64,000 bases of DNA from the IMG/VR virus record IMGVR_UViG_3300030329_005017, positions 4,914 to 68,913 of that record. One strand, 5' to 3'. The position numbers and the translations under genes are program-made. Below the pieces are notes generated by a model. The model was not told the origin of the DNA. It worked only from the letters and a program-made list of their open reading frames with translations, and searched no databases. This document shows, piece by piece, positions 1 to 11,073 of the stretch (position 1 is its first letter; the number at the start of each line of letters is the position of its first letter). This stretch comes from a virus.

Positions 1-1368
1 AATCCTGAGCCCTTAGAAGGTGAAACTGGTAGAGAGTTACAAATAAGAAATGCTAGAGTAGCTATGATAAATGAAAGAATAGACAATCTAGAAAGACAAA
101 AGAATAATTCTGATGTTAGTACTCAATTTTCTAATTTGCCTATACGCACTACTTATGAAATACCTGTTAAGATTGATACTATAAGGCAATTTTTAACTTC
201 AGAACCAAACGCTCCTTTACATAACTTATTAAAAAAAGTTCTTGCTTCTACTAGAGAGGTAACTCCATCTATACAGTTATCTATGCGCCCGTCACCATCA
301 GATAACTCATATATTGATGTCTTTCCTAGTGCTATGAATTATGATGGTGTAATACAAGAAGTATTTACAGAATTTGATATTAATAGAATAGATGCATCTG
401 ATGAAGGTGGCATCATAGCAGCAGGAAGAAGTATAAATCGAGGTGGCTTAGTCACTTCGGAAAAGGTTATGGTTTGTCAATTTGGTACCGGTCAATCTTT
501 GATAGAAAATTTTGGGTTATCTTCTAAAATAGATCCTACTGCTTTTTCTTCTTTTAGATTACCTGCTGTAGTAGGTGGTGCAAGAATGAATGTCATAGAA
601 GTATTAAGAACTACTCAAGAAAATGATCCTGTTGCTTTTGCGGGGCTTTTAAATGATTTTAGACAGATATTGGGTGAGGGATTAACTTCGGGTATGGCTG
701 GATTGAAAAATCTTAAGATAGTAACCGAAGCTGAAGATGGAAGCTTTACTGTTACTGAGCAAGGTAAAAACAATCTTATAAACTTTTTATTAGCTGAAAA
801 TGCGCCGGTTATCTCTAAGGCTGCTACTGGTTTTCTTGAAGATATGATGAGTCAAAATGTAGGGGTTTATAATAAGATGTTATTATTACAAAATCAGTTT
901 TTTACTAATTTGGACACAAGTGCCGAGGGATCTATAGGTAATCCAGAATCAAATACAAGATTAGCAGGTAGTAAGTTTTATGGGAATGTCTTAAGTACAT
1001 TCTTAAGGACCGCTACTCTTACTATTCACGGCACTACTGGCTTGAATGTATTCAACTTGGTGTATCTAAAAGGTCTTGTAAGTGGTGTAGAGGGTTTGTA
1101 TTTAATTAGTAGCGTTAATGAAAGTATAGCGGCATCTACTTTTACAACTACTTTAGAGTGTAAGTTAGTAGAATATGTTAATAATGATGATAAAACTAAT
1201 CCGTTGGCTTATAGAGGCAACGCTGATCTTAATCGCTTGGCATCTGTTATTGATCAACGTAAGGCTGAAGAAGGTGCAAAAGCAGAGTTTGGTGTTGGCT
1301 ATGAAATAGGAGACTTGGATAGATACATCCAAGAGTTTGATGCCAAGTCGGGATTTTTACAAGGCTGA
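1..1368 (+). CDS. Baseplate hub / tail protein (gp27/gpD-like C-terminus), 5'-truncated by the window
   Basis: Frame is open from base 1. C-terminal ATLTIHGTTGLNVFNLVYLKG...GLYLISSVNESI...FTTTLE matches the hub/gpD beta-barrel pattern. Lies upstream of spike, gp25 and gp6. Confidence 0.6.
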   Translation, partial: NPEPLEGETGRELQIRNARVAMINERIDNLERQKNNSDVSTQFSNLPIRTTYEIPVKIDTIRQFLTSEPNAPLHNLLKKVLASTREVTPSIQLSMRPSPSDNSYIDVFPSAMNYDGVIQEVFTEFDINRIDASDEGGIIAAGRSINRGGLVTSEKVMVCQFGTGQSLIENFGLSSKIDPTAFSSFRLPAVVGGARMNVIEVLRTTQENDPVAFAGLLNDFRQILGEGLTSGMAGLKNLKIVTEAEDGSFTVTEQGKNNLINFLLAENAPVISKAATGFLEDMMSQNVGVYNKMLLLQNQFFTNLDTSAEGSIGNPESNTRLAGSKFYGNVLSTFLRTATLTIHGTTGLNVFNLVYLKGLVSGVEGLYLISSVNESIAASTFTTTLECKLVEYVNNDDKTNPLAYRGNADLNRLASVIDQRKAEEGAKAEFGVGYEIGDLDRYIQEFDAKSGFLQG

Positions 1369-1437
1369 AGTGGTTAGTGTAGAAAAATAGTAAATATTAT
1401 TAATATAAAGATGTAACTATATTTTGAAAGGAAATAT

Positions 1438-2091
1438 ATGAAATATTGGGGGGAAGTACAGGAGGCTGGTATTATAGAGTTTAATACGGTTGATGATACA
1501 CACACAAAGCATAAGGTATATAATGAAATTATCCTACCTGCCTTTTTAAAACTTATCGAAAACATCTATTATACCTACAACTTTAATACAATACTTTTTG
1601 ATTATCAACAAACTCAACATGAAGCTATGGCTCACTTATATGAGAAGTTGAGCAAGTTTGATCCCACTTCTGGTGCTAAATCATTTTCTTATTTTGGCAC
1701 CATTGTAAAGAACTGGATGATACAACAAGCTAATGCTGCTAAAAAACAAGTATTTGTTGATAACGAAAATGCTGATACTGTTGTATTTGATAAGAGCATG
1801 GAAACTTATCAAGATAATGAGAAGATGGAAGATGATTATGCTTTTATAGGTGGGCTTACTCAACATTTTGATAGTTTAATGGCTCAAGAAACACTAAACA
1901 AGGATGATATAGCTGTTTTAGAAATAATAAATGATATACTGAAAAACTATCACAAGTTCAATATTTATAATAAGAAACAACTATATGTCTATGTAAGAGA
2001 AGCAACAGACTTGCCGAGTAGGAAGATAACTAAGTCTATTAAAAAGATAAAACAGACATATATGGTTTTAAAAGATGACTACTTCAACTAA
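1438..2091 (+). CDS. Phage sigma factor (T4 gp55-like late sigma, sigma70 region 2)
   Basis: KFDPTSGAKSFSYFGTIVKNW resembles the gp55/sigma region 2 motif (FDPxKxxxxFxYF). 217 aa, AAGGA RBS. Confidence 0.7.
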   Translation: MKYWGEVQEAGIIEFNTVDDTHTKHKVYNEIILPAFLKLIENIYYTYNFNTILFDYQQTQHEAMAHLYEKLSKFDPTSGAKSFSYFGTIVKNWMIQQANAAKKQVFVDNENADTVVFDKSMETYQDNEKMEDDYAFIGGLTQHFDSLMAQETLNKDDIAVLEIINDILKNYHKFNIYNKKQLYVYVREATDLPSRKITKSIKKIKQTYMVLKDDYFN

Positions 2092-2305
2092 TGATAAGTT
2101 TAAAGATGTATCCGATGAAAAAATAGCAGACTTATTTTTACAAGGCATTCAAGTTTATGAAGATCAGATTGAACTAATGGATTATGTTAGAAAGAAGTCA
2201 ATAGAAGTAAGAAATGATTTGGTAGAGTTAGAAGAAGAGCTTGTTAAAAGAAAAATAGAAATAGAAGTAACTGAAGAGCCACCAGAAGCGGAAGAAGAAA
2301 AATGA
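2075..2305 (+). CDS. Hypothetical acidic coiled-coil protein
   Basis: 76-aa ORF overlapping both neighbours, E/K-rich helix. Confidence 0.55.
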   Translation: MTTSTNDKFKDVSDEKIADLFLQGIQVYEDQIELMDYVRKKSIEVRNDLVELEEELVKRKIEIEVTEEPPEAEEEK

Positions 2306-3864
2306 ATCAAAGCCCATCTATAGATAGATTGTTTGAGTCTGGCACTTACCAAGAAGACTTATATAGTAGTGCGCTTCAGTGGGAGGTTCCGGAATTTTTT
2401 GTTTTAAAAAGAGCTATTGTTATTAGTGTTAAGATGGGCATTAATACTAACGACAATACTGCTGCCTTTCTACCTCAATATTCTATTAATGCTAGGGTTA
2501 TTGGAGAAGGTAGTAGCACTCCTACTCCAGAAAACGATATTCCCGAATGGTATATTCCATTTATACCAAATGCCATTATGGCTATACCAGAAATAGGGGA
2601 GCAGATTTTAGTTATTCACGAAACCATAAAGTCTAACTCTAGAGGGTATTGGATAGGAAGAGTAAATGATTCTGATAAAATGAGCCTTAAGCTTACTAAT
2701 GAGCAAAGAAGAGAAAGCAATCCTCTTTCTTTATCTCGTTATGGTAAGGCTTTTGATGTTAAAGACTTACATGATAGGTCAAAACAAAATACAGCTGGCG
2801 TCGAGGGTAAAAAAATATTTCAATTGCCTGGTCAGCTGGGCGATGTAATCGTTCAAGGACGGAGTGGCAGTTATACAAAACATAGCTTTAATCCAATGTC
2901 GGGCGGCGCTAGTAAGCCAGGGGTGTTGGAAATGGGAGTGTTGGAAACACGAACCTATAAACCCTCTGTACAGCCAACTATAGGAGCTTCATCTACTAAA
3001 ACTGCCCATTTTGCCAATAGCGCAGTTTCAATTTTAGGTAGTCAATTTACTAAACAAACTCCTAACGCGGATGATTTGGTAGAAGAAATAACCCGTAGCT
3101 CTATACCAGAAGTTCCAGATACTTCTACTTTGGTAGAAAAAAGAAAAAACTTTATTGTTAATATTGCGAATGAAATATATAATGTATCTAATACTACTGA
3201 TTCAGAAGAGTCTATGTATAGGCAGGTGTTGGGAGAAAAATTAGAAGAATATTTTACGGAACAAGATCAGTTAATAAGGGGCATGTTAGAGTCTGTTAAA
3301 GGTATTGTTAATACTATGGGCATATTGTTTGATTCTTATCTAAATCATACTCATACTATTCCAGAAATCAATATTGATATTCCCGATAAAGAAGTTAGCT
3401 TTACTGATTTGATTAATTTGGGCATTAAGATGGAGCCACAACCACCTATTAGTGTTTTTGTACCTGCTACTACAGTGAATGTGCCAGGAACTGGCTCAAG
3501 AAGTGTGAGCAGAACAGTAATGACTCCTATTGGACCAAAATTTGTTACCGAAGAAGTTGCCGGAACCCCTGGAACAAGTGTTACCATTCCATCTAAGTTT
3601 ATTAGGATTCCTCAGCCAGATAAAGCGGTTAATAGAGGATACAGAACGCAAAAAAGAACAAAGACAATAGAATATGAAAAGATAAGTATTGGAGGGGCTG
3701 CTAACCCAAGAAACACCACTACTATTGAAACAGATATAGTAACTGATAGAGTTCAAAATGATATGAATGATTTGAAAGATAGCTTTGATGCGACTAGAGA
3801 TGGTTTTATTGCCTTGATAGAACGGTTTGAAGAAGTATATAGTCAAAGACAATATATAAACTAG
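2302..3864 (+). CDS. Baseplate central spike (gp5/gpV-like OB fold with HxH tip motif)
   Basis: IPEIGEQILVI...GYWIGRV OB-fold signature and YLNHTH metal-binding motif. Directly upstream of gp25. Confidence 0.7.
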   Translation: MNQSPSIDRLFESGTYQEDLYSSALQWEVPEFFVLKRAIVISVKMGINTNDNTAAFLPQYSINARVIGEGSSTPTPENDIPEWYIPFIPNAIMAIPEIGEQILVIHETIKSNSRGYWIGRVNDSDKMSLKLTNEQRRESNPLSLSRYGKAFDVKDLHDRSKQNTAGVEGKKIFQLPGQLGDVIVQGRSGSYTKHSFNPMSGGASKPGVLEMGVLETRTYKPSVQPTIGASSTKTAHFANSAVSILGSQFTKQTPNADDLVEEITRSSIPEVPDTSTLVEKRKNFIVNIANEIYNVSNTTDSEESMYRQVLGEKLEEYFTEQDQLIRGMLESVKGIVNTMGILFDSYLNHTHTIPEINIDIPDKEVSFTDLINLGIKMEPQPPISVFVPATTVNVPGTGSRSVSRTVMTPIGPKFVTEEVAGTPGTSVTIPSKFIRIPQPDKAVNRGYRTQKRTKTIEYEKISIGGAANPRNTTTIETDIVTDRVQNDMNDLKDSFDATRDGFIALIERFEEVYSQRQYIN

Positions 3865-3873
3865 AGATATGCT

Positions 3874-4302
3874 ATGGGAATAAACTTAAAATTTCCTTTA
3901 CGTTCTTATCGTAGAGGTTTTTTTGAAATGAACAATACTACTACTGCTGCTGTTAGAGAGAATATAAAAACTCTTTTGATGACAGTTAAGGGAGAAAGAG
4001 TGGTTCAGCCAGGTATTGGAACCAACATTCCTACTCTTATGGGTCAGTTATTTGAACAGGTTGATACTGGGGAGATGGAAGCTCAAATTGGAGCAGAAGT
4101 ACAGAGTGCTCTTGAGACTTGGATGCCAGAGGTTACAATGTTATCAATAAATGTATATACACAAGATACAGTGCCAGGAGGAACGGCACTAAATCCAAAT
4201 GATATTTTAGTAAGAATGGCTTTTGAATATGCGGGGATACCCGATATGATAGATTTAAATTATGCTACTCAAACAGCAACTACAGCTGGGATGATGAGTT
4301 AA
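3874..4302 (+). CDS. Baseplate wedge subunit gp25/gpW-like
   Basis: RENIKTLLMTVKGERVVQPGIGT...ALETWMPEV motif. Confidence 0.9.
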   Translation: MGINLKFPLRSYRRGFFEMNNTTTAAVRENIKTLLMTVKGERVVQPGIGTNIPTLMGQLFEQVDTGEMEAQIGAEVQSALETWMPEVTMLSINVYTQDTVPGGTALNPNDILVRMAFEYAGIPDMIDLNYATQTATTAGMMS

Positions 4303-4323
4303 CAACATACAAAGAGATAAAAA

Positions 4324-6141
4324 ATGCCAGACTATCAATCAACAAGACAGGCAACTAAACAAACGCCTAATATTAGTTACCTTTCAAAAGACTTTGATTC
4401 TATTAAAGCGGATCTAATAGATTATCTGCAAAGATATTTTCCAGATGACTATAGAGACTTTAATGATGCTTCTGGTGGAATGGCTATTGTTGAGCTATTA
4501 GCTTATATAGGCGACACTATGTCGTTCTATATTGATAGGCAGGTTAATGAAGGCTTTTTAGATAGAGCAATAGAAGAAAAGAATATTTTTTCTCTGGCTC
4601 AAAACTTAGGATATAAGCCCAAGTTTGCCAGACCTGCTGTAGTGGAGCTATCAGTTAGTGCTACTTTTGATGATGCTACTTCTGGTGATTCTTCTTTTGT
4701 ATTAAAGAAGGGTTCCAAGGTTGTTACTAACTTTGAACCTTCAATAGAGTTTGAAACTTTAAATGATGCTGATTTTGGAAGCGCAACCAATAGAGTCACA
4801 ACAAAAATAGGAAACACTACTCAGTATTCTATCACAAGCCTTTCTGCTATGGCTGGCTCTACGAGAACATTTTCATACAAAGTTGGCGATGCTATTCCTT
4901 TTTTAAAGTTAACTTTACCCGATAGCAATATAACAGAGATAGTTTCTGTAACAGCGTCGGATGGTAAAGAGTATTTTGAAGTTGATAATTTAGCACAAGG
5001 TCAAATATTTACAGGATATAAAAACACAACTTCTTCTTCGGGCGATGCGGAGTATATTCTTCAATATAAAAAGATACCTTATAGGTTCACTCGTCATGTA
5101 TCAAGCAACGGCGATACTTCTATTATTTTTGGTTCGGGGACTACTGACTTACAAGATTCTGAAATAATACCAAACCCCGAAGATTTTGTATTACCACCCA
5201 CTCTAAGAGGCTCACCTTCTGGTTTTGCTCCGGCAGTTGTAGATTCTTCTAATTTTTTGAAAACAAGTGGGCTTGGGTATGCGCCAAGAGATGTTACCAT
5301 AGATATCAAGTATAGATATGGTGGTGGTAATGCTACCAATGTTGGCCCAAGAACTTTGGACTCATTTGTGTCGAGAGTTATTTCATTTAAGAATTCTAAT
5401 TTCTCTACTTCTAATCCTGTAGTAGCTCAAAATGTGTTAGGAACCTTAAGTATTAGTAATGTTGAGCAAGCCATTGGTGGCGCAGATAGAGAAGGAAGAA
5501 CAGCTATTAGACAAAATGCGTTACAATTTTTTAACTCTCAAAATAGAGCAGTTACATTAGAAGATTATCAAGTAAGAGTTTTATCAATGCCAACAGAGTT
5601 TGGCTCTGTGTTTAGAAGTTATGCAAGAAAAGATCCCAATAACACATTGGGTGTTGAGCTTATTACACTAGCTCGTAATGCTTCTGGCGTATTAACATTA
5701 CCTACAGGGGCATTACAAAATAATATAGAAACTTATCTTAGACAGTTCAAATCATTTTCTGATACTGTAAGAATTACAGCTGGTCGTATTTGTGATATTG
5801 GTATTGAATTTACTATTGTTCCTAACCAAGACTTTAATGTTAATGATGCTTTGTTAGATTGTTTTGTTTTGTTGAAACGTATTTTTATTTTAGAGAATAC
5901 TAACTTTGGTGCTACTATGGTAATTTCTAATTTTACATCTAGATTACAGGCACTGACTAAAGTTAGGTCTGTAGTAGATTTTAAGATAACAAGTAAATCT
6001 GGTATTATTGATGGTCGCTCATATTCGGCTTATCAATGTAATATACCAGCTAACACTGAAAATGGAATTGTATATTTTCCCGAAGATACTTGTTGGGAAC
6101 TCAAGTATCCGAATTTTGACATTGTTGGGAGAACCTCATAA
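4324..6141 (+). CDS. Baseplate wedge subunit gp6/gpJ-like
   Basis: YLSKDFDSIKADL, ELLAYIGDTMSFY, AQNLGYKP, GGADRE, QNRAVTLEDY motifs. Confidence 0.92.
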   Translation: MPDYQSTRQATKQTPNISYLSKDFDSIKADLIDYLQRYFPDDYRDFNDASGGMAIVELLAYIGDTMSFYIDRQVNEGFLDRAIEEKNIFSLAQNLGYKPKFARPAVVELSVSATFDDATSGDSSFVLKKGSKVVTNFEPSIEFETLNDADFGSATNRVTTKIGNTTQYSITSLSAMAGSTRTFSYKVGDAIPFLKLTLPDSNITEIVSVTASDGKEYFEVDNLAQGQIFTGYKNTTSSSGDAEYILQYKKIPYRFTRHVSSNGDTSIIFGSGTTDLQDSEIIPNPEDFVLPPTLRGSPSGFAPAVVDSSNFLKTSGLGYAPRDVTIDIKYRYGGGNATNVGPRTLDSFVSRVISFKNSNFSTSNPVVAQNVLGTLSISNVEQAIGGADREGRTAIRQNALQFFNSQNRAVTLEDYQVRVLSMPTEFGSVFRSYARKDPNNTLGVELITLARNASGVLTLPTGALQNNIETYLRQFKSFSDTVRITAGRICDIGIEFTIVPNQDFNVNDALLDCFVLLKRIFILENTNFGATMVISNFTSRLQALTKVRSVVDFKITSKSGIIDGRSYSAYQCNIPANTENGIVYFPEDTCWELKYPNFDIVGRTS

Positions 6142-7688
6142 TGGCCACTATAGCAAGAGCTTTTGCAACTAAAGATACATGGATTACTGAACAAAGTGTT
6201 ACATCAAACTTTGGGGCTTCTCCTATATTGGAAACATGGACTAAGTTTAACTCTACTTTAGCTGATCCAGTAAAACAAAGATCCAGAATATTAATACAGT
6301 TTGACTTATCAGCATTAAGTTCAAGTATTGTAAGTTTGGCTAAATATCCTGATCCAAGAACAGACTCTACTGTTACTGCTTTCTTGTGTATGAAAAATGC
6401 AAAGCATGGTCAAGTTCAAGCTGAAAACTTTACACTTGATGTTTTTCCGCTAACTGCTGCTTGGACAGAAGGTCAAGGTGTGGATAATGACACCTTTAGT
6501 CAAACTGGTTATGCTAACGCCATTAGCGCTTCTAATACTAATGCTTGGAACTATAACAGAGGTGGAACTGGTGGTAATGTATATATTGGTTGGGACAATA
6601 GAGAGTATGACTCTAATAGTGCTTCTCAATATTTTGAAACTGGTCAAGAAGATTTAAAAGTAGATGTGACAGATTACTTCAAAGCTTATTTAAACTACGC
6701 TACAGGAACAAGTGTGGCTGCTGGTGGTAGTGCTGACTATGGCTTTATGGTTCGTATGTCGGACGCTCAAGAGTGTATAACAGCCGGTGAAGCAACTTCT
6801 GCTGGCGTAGCTACGGCTACAGTTTCTTCAAGTTTTTATAGTAAGAAGTTTTATAGTAGGCAAACCAATACAAGGAAACAGCCATACATTCAGATGGAAT
6901 GGCCTGGAGAAATAAAAGATAATAGAAATAGTATTGTGTTTGGCAAGACAGCTAACTTGTATTATTATAGTTTGATAAATGGTGAGTTAGCAGACTTAAA
7001 TGATTCGGGTCCATTTCCTGGCTATGTTAACTTAAGTGGTAATGGAACGAGTTTGGCAGCTGCTGTAGGAGGAAACTTGACAGCTAGTCGTGTTTCTAAA
7101 GGAATATACAAGCTAGCTATTGGGTCAGCTACTAATGGAGCCGGTGGAGCAAGCCCACTTACAGGTATTAATATTGCTGCCTCAAGCAGCACAGCATTTG
7201 TGGATACTTGGGTTGTTACAACCGCGGGTGAAGAGATATCTAATAGCTTCTCTTTTGATTGCACTCTACCTGTATCTGGTTTTCAAGACTTTAAGACAGC
7301 TAACTATGAAGTATCTTTTGGTAACTTAAGAAACAGATACGAGCAGGGAACGTATCAACGAGTTAGAGTCTTTGTAAGAGACAAGACAACTCAATGGCAG
7401 GCAGTAACGGGAACAAGCACAGCTATGAGCAATAGTGTTATTCAAAGTGGCACCGTAGAGATAAGAGAGTTAGTAACAAATGATGTTGAAGTGCCAGCCT
7501 TTGGTCTTTCATTTGATAAAGACGGTAACTATTTTGATTTGGACGCAAGCTTGCTGTATGAGGGCATGAGATACAAAGTTGTGTTAAAATTGAACGCAAA
7601 GGGCGAAATATTACATTACGACAAACCGAATGATTGGAACTTCCAAATAGGTAATGTATATGACATAGACTATAAGTCGGGATATTAA
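6141..7688 (+). CDS. Virion structural protein with DNRLRE/CBM96-like beta-sandwich
   Basis: KDTWI...NFG...RSRILIQFDLS...PLTAAWTEG...FYSRQ...PYIQ pattern. S/T/A/G-rich and coupled to gp6. Confidence 0.55.
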   Translation: MATIARAFATKDTWITEQSVTSNFGASPILETWTKFNSTLADPVKQRSRILIQFDLSALSSSIVSLAKYPDPRTDSTVTAFLCMKNAKHGQVQAENFTLDVFPLTAAWTEGQGVDNDTFSQTGYANAISASNTNAWNYNRGGTGGNVYIGWDNREYDSNSASQYFETGQEDLKVDVTDYFKAYLNYATGTSVAAGGSADYGFMVRMSDAQECITAGEATSAGVATATVSSSFYSKKFYSRQTNTRKQPYIQMEWPGEIKDNRNSIVFGKTANLYYYSLINGELADLNDSGPFPGYVNLSGNGTSLAAAVGGNLTASRVSKGIYKLAIGSATNGAGGASPLTGINIAASSSTAFVDTWVVTTAGEEISNSFSFDCTLPVSGFQDFKTANYEVSFGNLRNRYEQGTYQRVRVFVRDKTTQWQAVTGTSTAMSNSVIQSGTVEIRELVTNDVEVPAFGLSFDKDGNYFDLDASLLYEGMRYKVVLKLNAKGEILHYDKPNDWNFQIGNVYDIDYKSGY

Positions 7689-7691
7689 TAA

Positions 7692-10600
7692 ATGGCTGAT
7701 GGAATAACATTTGATAGTTTAGTAGCCTCTCTATCGGGACTAGGTGCTGCTAGTGGTCAGTTGGCAGATATCTCTGCCACTGGTCGTAGCGCTAGAGTTC
7801 TGCCTCTTATTGACTATAATGATTTTTCTCAACACATCTTCTTTGGTAATGCAGTAAGAAAATATGACTCAGTAAGAAAGAAGATTATTAATGAGTATCC
7901 TATTGGTCTTTCTGGTTTATCCGCTGGCGCTGAATTAACCAGTGATGCAAACGCAGGAATTAAAGCAGTTTTTGAAGTAGATAAGTTTCGTAAAGAAGCT
8001 GATGGCTTTACCTTGTATGTGTTAGATAGGCTTGGCGTTACTGGTAACACTTCTGGTAATGTAAATGCTACTTCTAACAATACTGTTTTAGCCAAAAATC
8101 AAAAAGGTGAAAGTGTCCCCCTTATAGCTGTATATAGAAATACGAGCAATGCTATCACTGGTAGCCAAACAGGAATGATAGAATCTATTTCTGCAAGGGC
8201 ACATAACTACGAAAGCGAACAACTTAATGTTATAGATCAAACTGCTGGCACCGCTACTGAAATAGTAGGAACCTCTAGTGGTGTTCATCGTTCTCAAGTT
8301 ATCTTTGGCTCTACTGCTGAAACTATTATTACAAGAGCGGAGAAACTACAGAACTTATTGCCGGCCACATTGTTTACAGGTGATGATCAAGATGTGTTGG
8401 CGCGGCTGTTAGCCGCTTTTGGTGATGAGCTAGATGAGATAAAAGCTTTTGCCAATCAAATACCAGCAGTAAAAAACATAGACTATGGTGAGATTAATAG
8501 AACTCCAAGCAAATTTATTCCTGTATTTCTAAAACAGTTTGGGGTTCAAGTATTTGAAAACGCAAGAAAGAGTGCTGTTGTTGATAGTATTATTGAGGCT
8601 TCACCGAGTGGATATACAACTCAACAGATAAACTACGAGATTTGGAATAGAATACTTAATAATGTAATGCACCTTATCAAAACTAAAGGCACAAGAGAAA
8701 CTTTGGAGTCTATTGGTAGAATATACGGTGTAGATAGAAACTTTTTGAAGGTAAATGAATATTCTATTTTTGCAAAACCCATTCAAGTAACGGAAGTAGA
8801 AGAAGTTGATGTACCAGCCCTTTATGCTACAGGTTCTAACTTTGTTCAAACGGTAGCTAATAAGTCAGCTTCTGTTTTTGACTTTCAACCTAGTGATAAC
8901 TTTACTATTGAGATGAGAGTATCGGCAACGGGAACTTCTACTACAGGGCATACATTACTTGTTCATCCAAAGTATCGTATCGAGCTAGACCCATCGGGAC
9001 AAGTATCGTTTAAGTCTGTAGCTACTGCTTCCTTATCGGCTCAAACTACTCAATCTTCTATATCAAGTTTTATTCAAGGTGCGGGTAGTGCTAATAACTT
9101 CTTAAATGTAGCAGTGAGTCGCTCTGGTGATACCATTAATGTATATGCGATGGTATTGTCTGCAACTCCATCGGGGGGTTATGAATCAGTAGTAACCGAA
9201 ACTGCATCAACAAGTCAAACTACGGGATACACTTTATCAGCAGTTAACTTAAGTTCTAGTGGTGGCTCTAGTTCTTTCCCATCTTATTTTCCTGGCAGCG
9301 GTGATACGAGATTTACAGGGTATATGCATGAAGTTAGAGTGTGGAATGTGGCCTTGAAGCAGGTTGACTTGGAAGAACATACTAAAAACTTTGAATCAGT
9401 TTCGTTTCAAGGATCAACCGCTACAGATACATATGCCGGCATTAGTAATGCCGCCACTTATAGTAGCCTGTCTGCTCATTATAAACTTAAAGAGGATATG
9501 GTGTTACAAAATCCATACAACTTTATTGTAGACTCTACTACTGCAGGTAACTCTGCAACTCCTGTAAGCTTCTCTGACATCTCTACGAAGAGATATAGGG
9601 TATTCAGTGATATGAGAAAGATAGCTGGTTATAAGCCAGCAGGGCTTGCTGCAGACAATGATAGAATACGCCAAGATGCTATTGATGGAGCTATCCAAGA
9701 TACAGGATACATTAGTATTAGTTTGAATCCCATAAACGCTATTAATAGAAGTATTAAAAATTATTTTAATAACATTTCGCCTCCTAACTTATTGGGCGAT
9801 CCCGAAGACTTGTATAAGTCTTCTTATAAAGGAGAGTTTCAAAAGAGGTGGCACGAAATAACTTCTCAATGGGGGTTAGCAGTTAATAGTGGCGATACTT
9901 TAGCAGGCGACACTGGTTGGGCGCTCACTGGAAAAAGTCAAGGTGTAACTGGATCTACGGTTGGGTTAGCTGACTTGAATAGGTTTGTTAAAGGAATGGA
10001 AAACTTTAATGATACATTTGGTGGTATTTTTCAATTCGCTCAACAGTTTTTGCCAGCTAAAAGCGGACTACTAGCTGAAGGCCTTTTTGTAGAAAACCAC
10101 TTATTAGAAAGATCAAAGATGAGAAGGCAGTTTGGCTTTAGAGAGTCAAGCGGCACCGGCTTTGTTGGCGCACCTACCACAAGTGGAGACATTGGTCATC
10201 TTTCTGATGATGTAGCAGCAGTTTCTTATAACCAAACACCTAGTGTATTTCCGGTAGAAACGAAATATATTGCTATTGATACTCATTATACAGGAAGTAA
10301 CTTGGCTCTTACTGGTGCCTCTAGTGCGAATACGACAGCGTTAGCAGCATCGGCAGCTACTACAGCTTCATTTATGGGCTATATGTATGATGGGCTTCAA
10401 CAGACTATAACCAACTCTGTTACATCAGATAGAGCTATTCCTAATTTATCCACAGGAAGCACTGTTAATGCTCCTCGTTTTTCACCAACCCGAGTTGGAA
10501 GATTTCTACCAGTAAAAGTTATGCCTGCGGCTGGAGCAGCTTCTGTTATTGATGTTACTTTAGATAAGTTACTGATTTCGCCATCTGCGTCACCTATTGA

Positions 10601-11063
10601 TAATAATGTAAGAGCTATTATTAAAGGCACAGCTAGACTACTAACCAAAGGACGTTCTTTTAAAACAGATCAACCAGCCTTAAGGTTTGAGTTTCCGGCG
10701 TCTGCTGATGGAACTAACTTTTTTGAAGCTACTATTGGCAACATATCACAAGGTCAAGGTAGAGTTATAAAAAATAAAGACACACAACTTACATCCACAT
10801 TGGAAACAGAATCTGTAGAGTTTGAGCTTAGGTTAGCCCGTGTCGTAACATCATTAACTGCTGTTAATGCTAGCATTGGCGTTACTCAAGCAAGAGTAGA
10901 TGATTCTGTTTCTGGCTCTATAGGTATTGTGCCTATTAGAATAGTTAATCTTTTTAATAATGACGCTAATGTATTCAGAGTTGCTGTAAATACTGACTCA
11001 ACAAAGGATACTGAATTTATTAGACAACTTGCCGATCAAGGCGGAGTAAGGGTTACATCATAG
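7692..11063 (+). CDS. Large baseplate wedge protein (gp7/gpI-like) with LamG domain
   Basis: LIKTKGTRETLESIGRIYG (gpI/gp7 KGT motif). FTIEMRV...FTGYMHEVRVWNVAL is a LamG signature. Confidence 0.65.
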   Translation: MADGITFDSLVASLSGLGAASGQLADISATGRSARVLPLIDYNDFSQHIFFGNAVRKYDSVRKKIINEYPIGLSGLSAGAELTSDANAGIKAVFEVDKFRKEADGFTLYVLDRLGVTGNTSGNVNATSNNTVLAKNQKGESVPLIAVYRNTSNAITGSQTGMIESISARAHNYESEQLNVIDQTAGTATEIVGTSSGVHRSQVIFGSTAETIITRAEKLQNLLPATLFTGDDQDVLARLLAAFGDELDEIKAFANQIPAVKNIDYGEINRTPSKFIPVFLKQFGVQVFENARKSAVVDSIIEASPSGYTTQQINYEIWNRILNNVMHLIKTKGTRETLESIGRIYGVDRNFLKVNEYSIFAKPIQVTEVEEVDVPALYATGSNFVQTVANKSASVFDFQPSDNFTIEMRVSATGTSTTGHTLLVHPKYRIELDPSGQVSFKSVATASLSAQTTQSSISSFIQGAGSANNFLNVAVSRSGDTINVYAMVLSATPSGGYESVVTETASTSQTTGYTLSAVNLSSSGGSSSFPSYFPGSGDTRFTGYMHEVRVWNVALKQVDLEEHTKNFESVSFQGSTATDTYAGISNAATYSSLSAHYKLKEDMVLQNPYNFIVDSTTAGNSATPVSFSDISTKRYRVFSDMRKIAGYKPAGLAADNDRIRQDAIDGAIQDTGYISISLNPINAINRSIKNYFNNISPPNLLGDPEDLYKSSYKGEFQKRWHEITSQWGLAVNSGDTLAGDTGWALTGKSQGVTGSTVGLADLNRFVKGMENFNDTFGGIFQFAQQFLPAKSGLLAEGLFVENHLLERSKMRRQFGFRESSGTGFVGAPTTSGDIGHLSDDVAAVSYNQTPSVFPVETKYIAIDTHYTGSNLALTGASSANTTALAASAATTASFMGYMYDGLQQTITNSVTSDRAIPNLSTGSTVNAPRFSPTRVGRFLPVKVMPAAGAASVIDVTLDKLLISPSASPIDNNVRAIIKGTARLLTKGRSFKTDQPALRFEFPASADGTNFFEATIGNISQGQGRVIKNKDTQLTSTLETESVEFELRLARVVTSLTAVNASIGVTQARVDDSVSGSIGIVPIRIVNLFNNDANVFRVAVNTDSTKDTEFIRQLADQGGVRVTS

Positions 11064-11073
11064 GAGATAAAAA

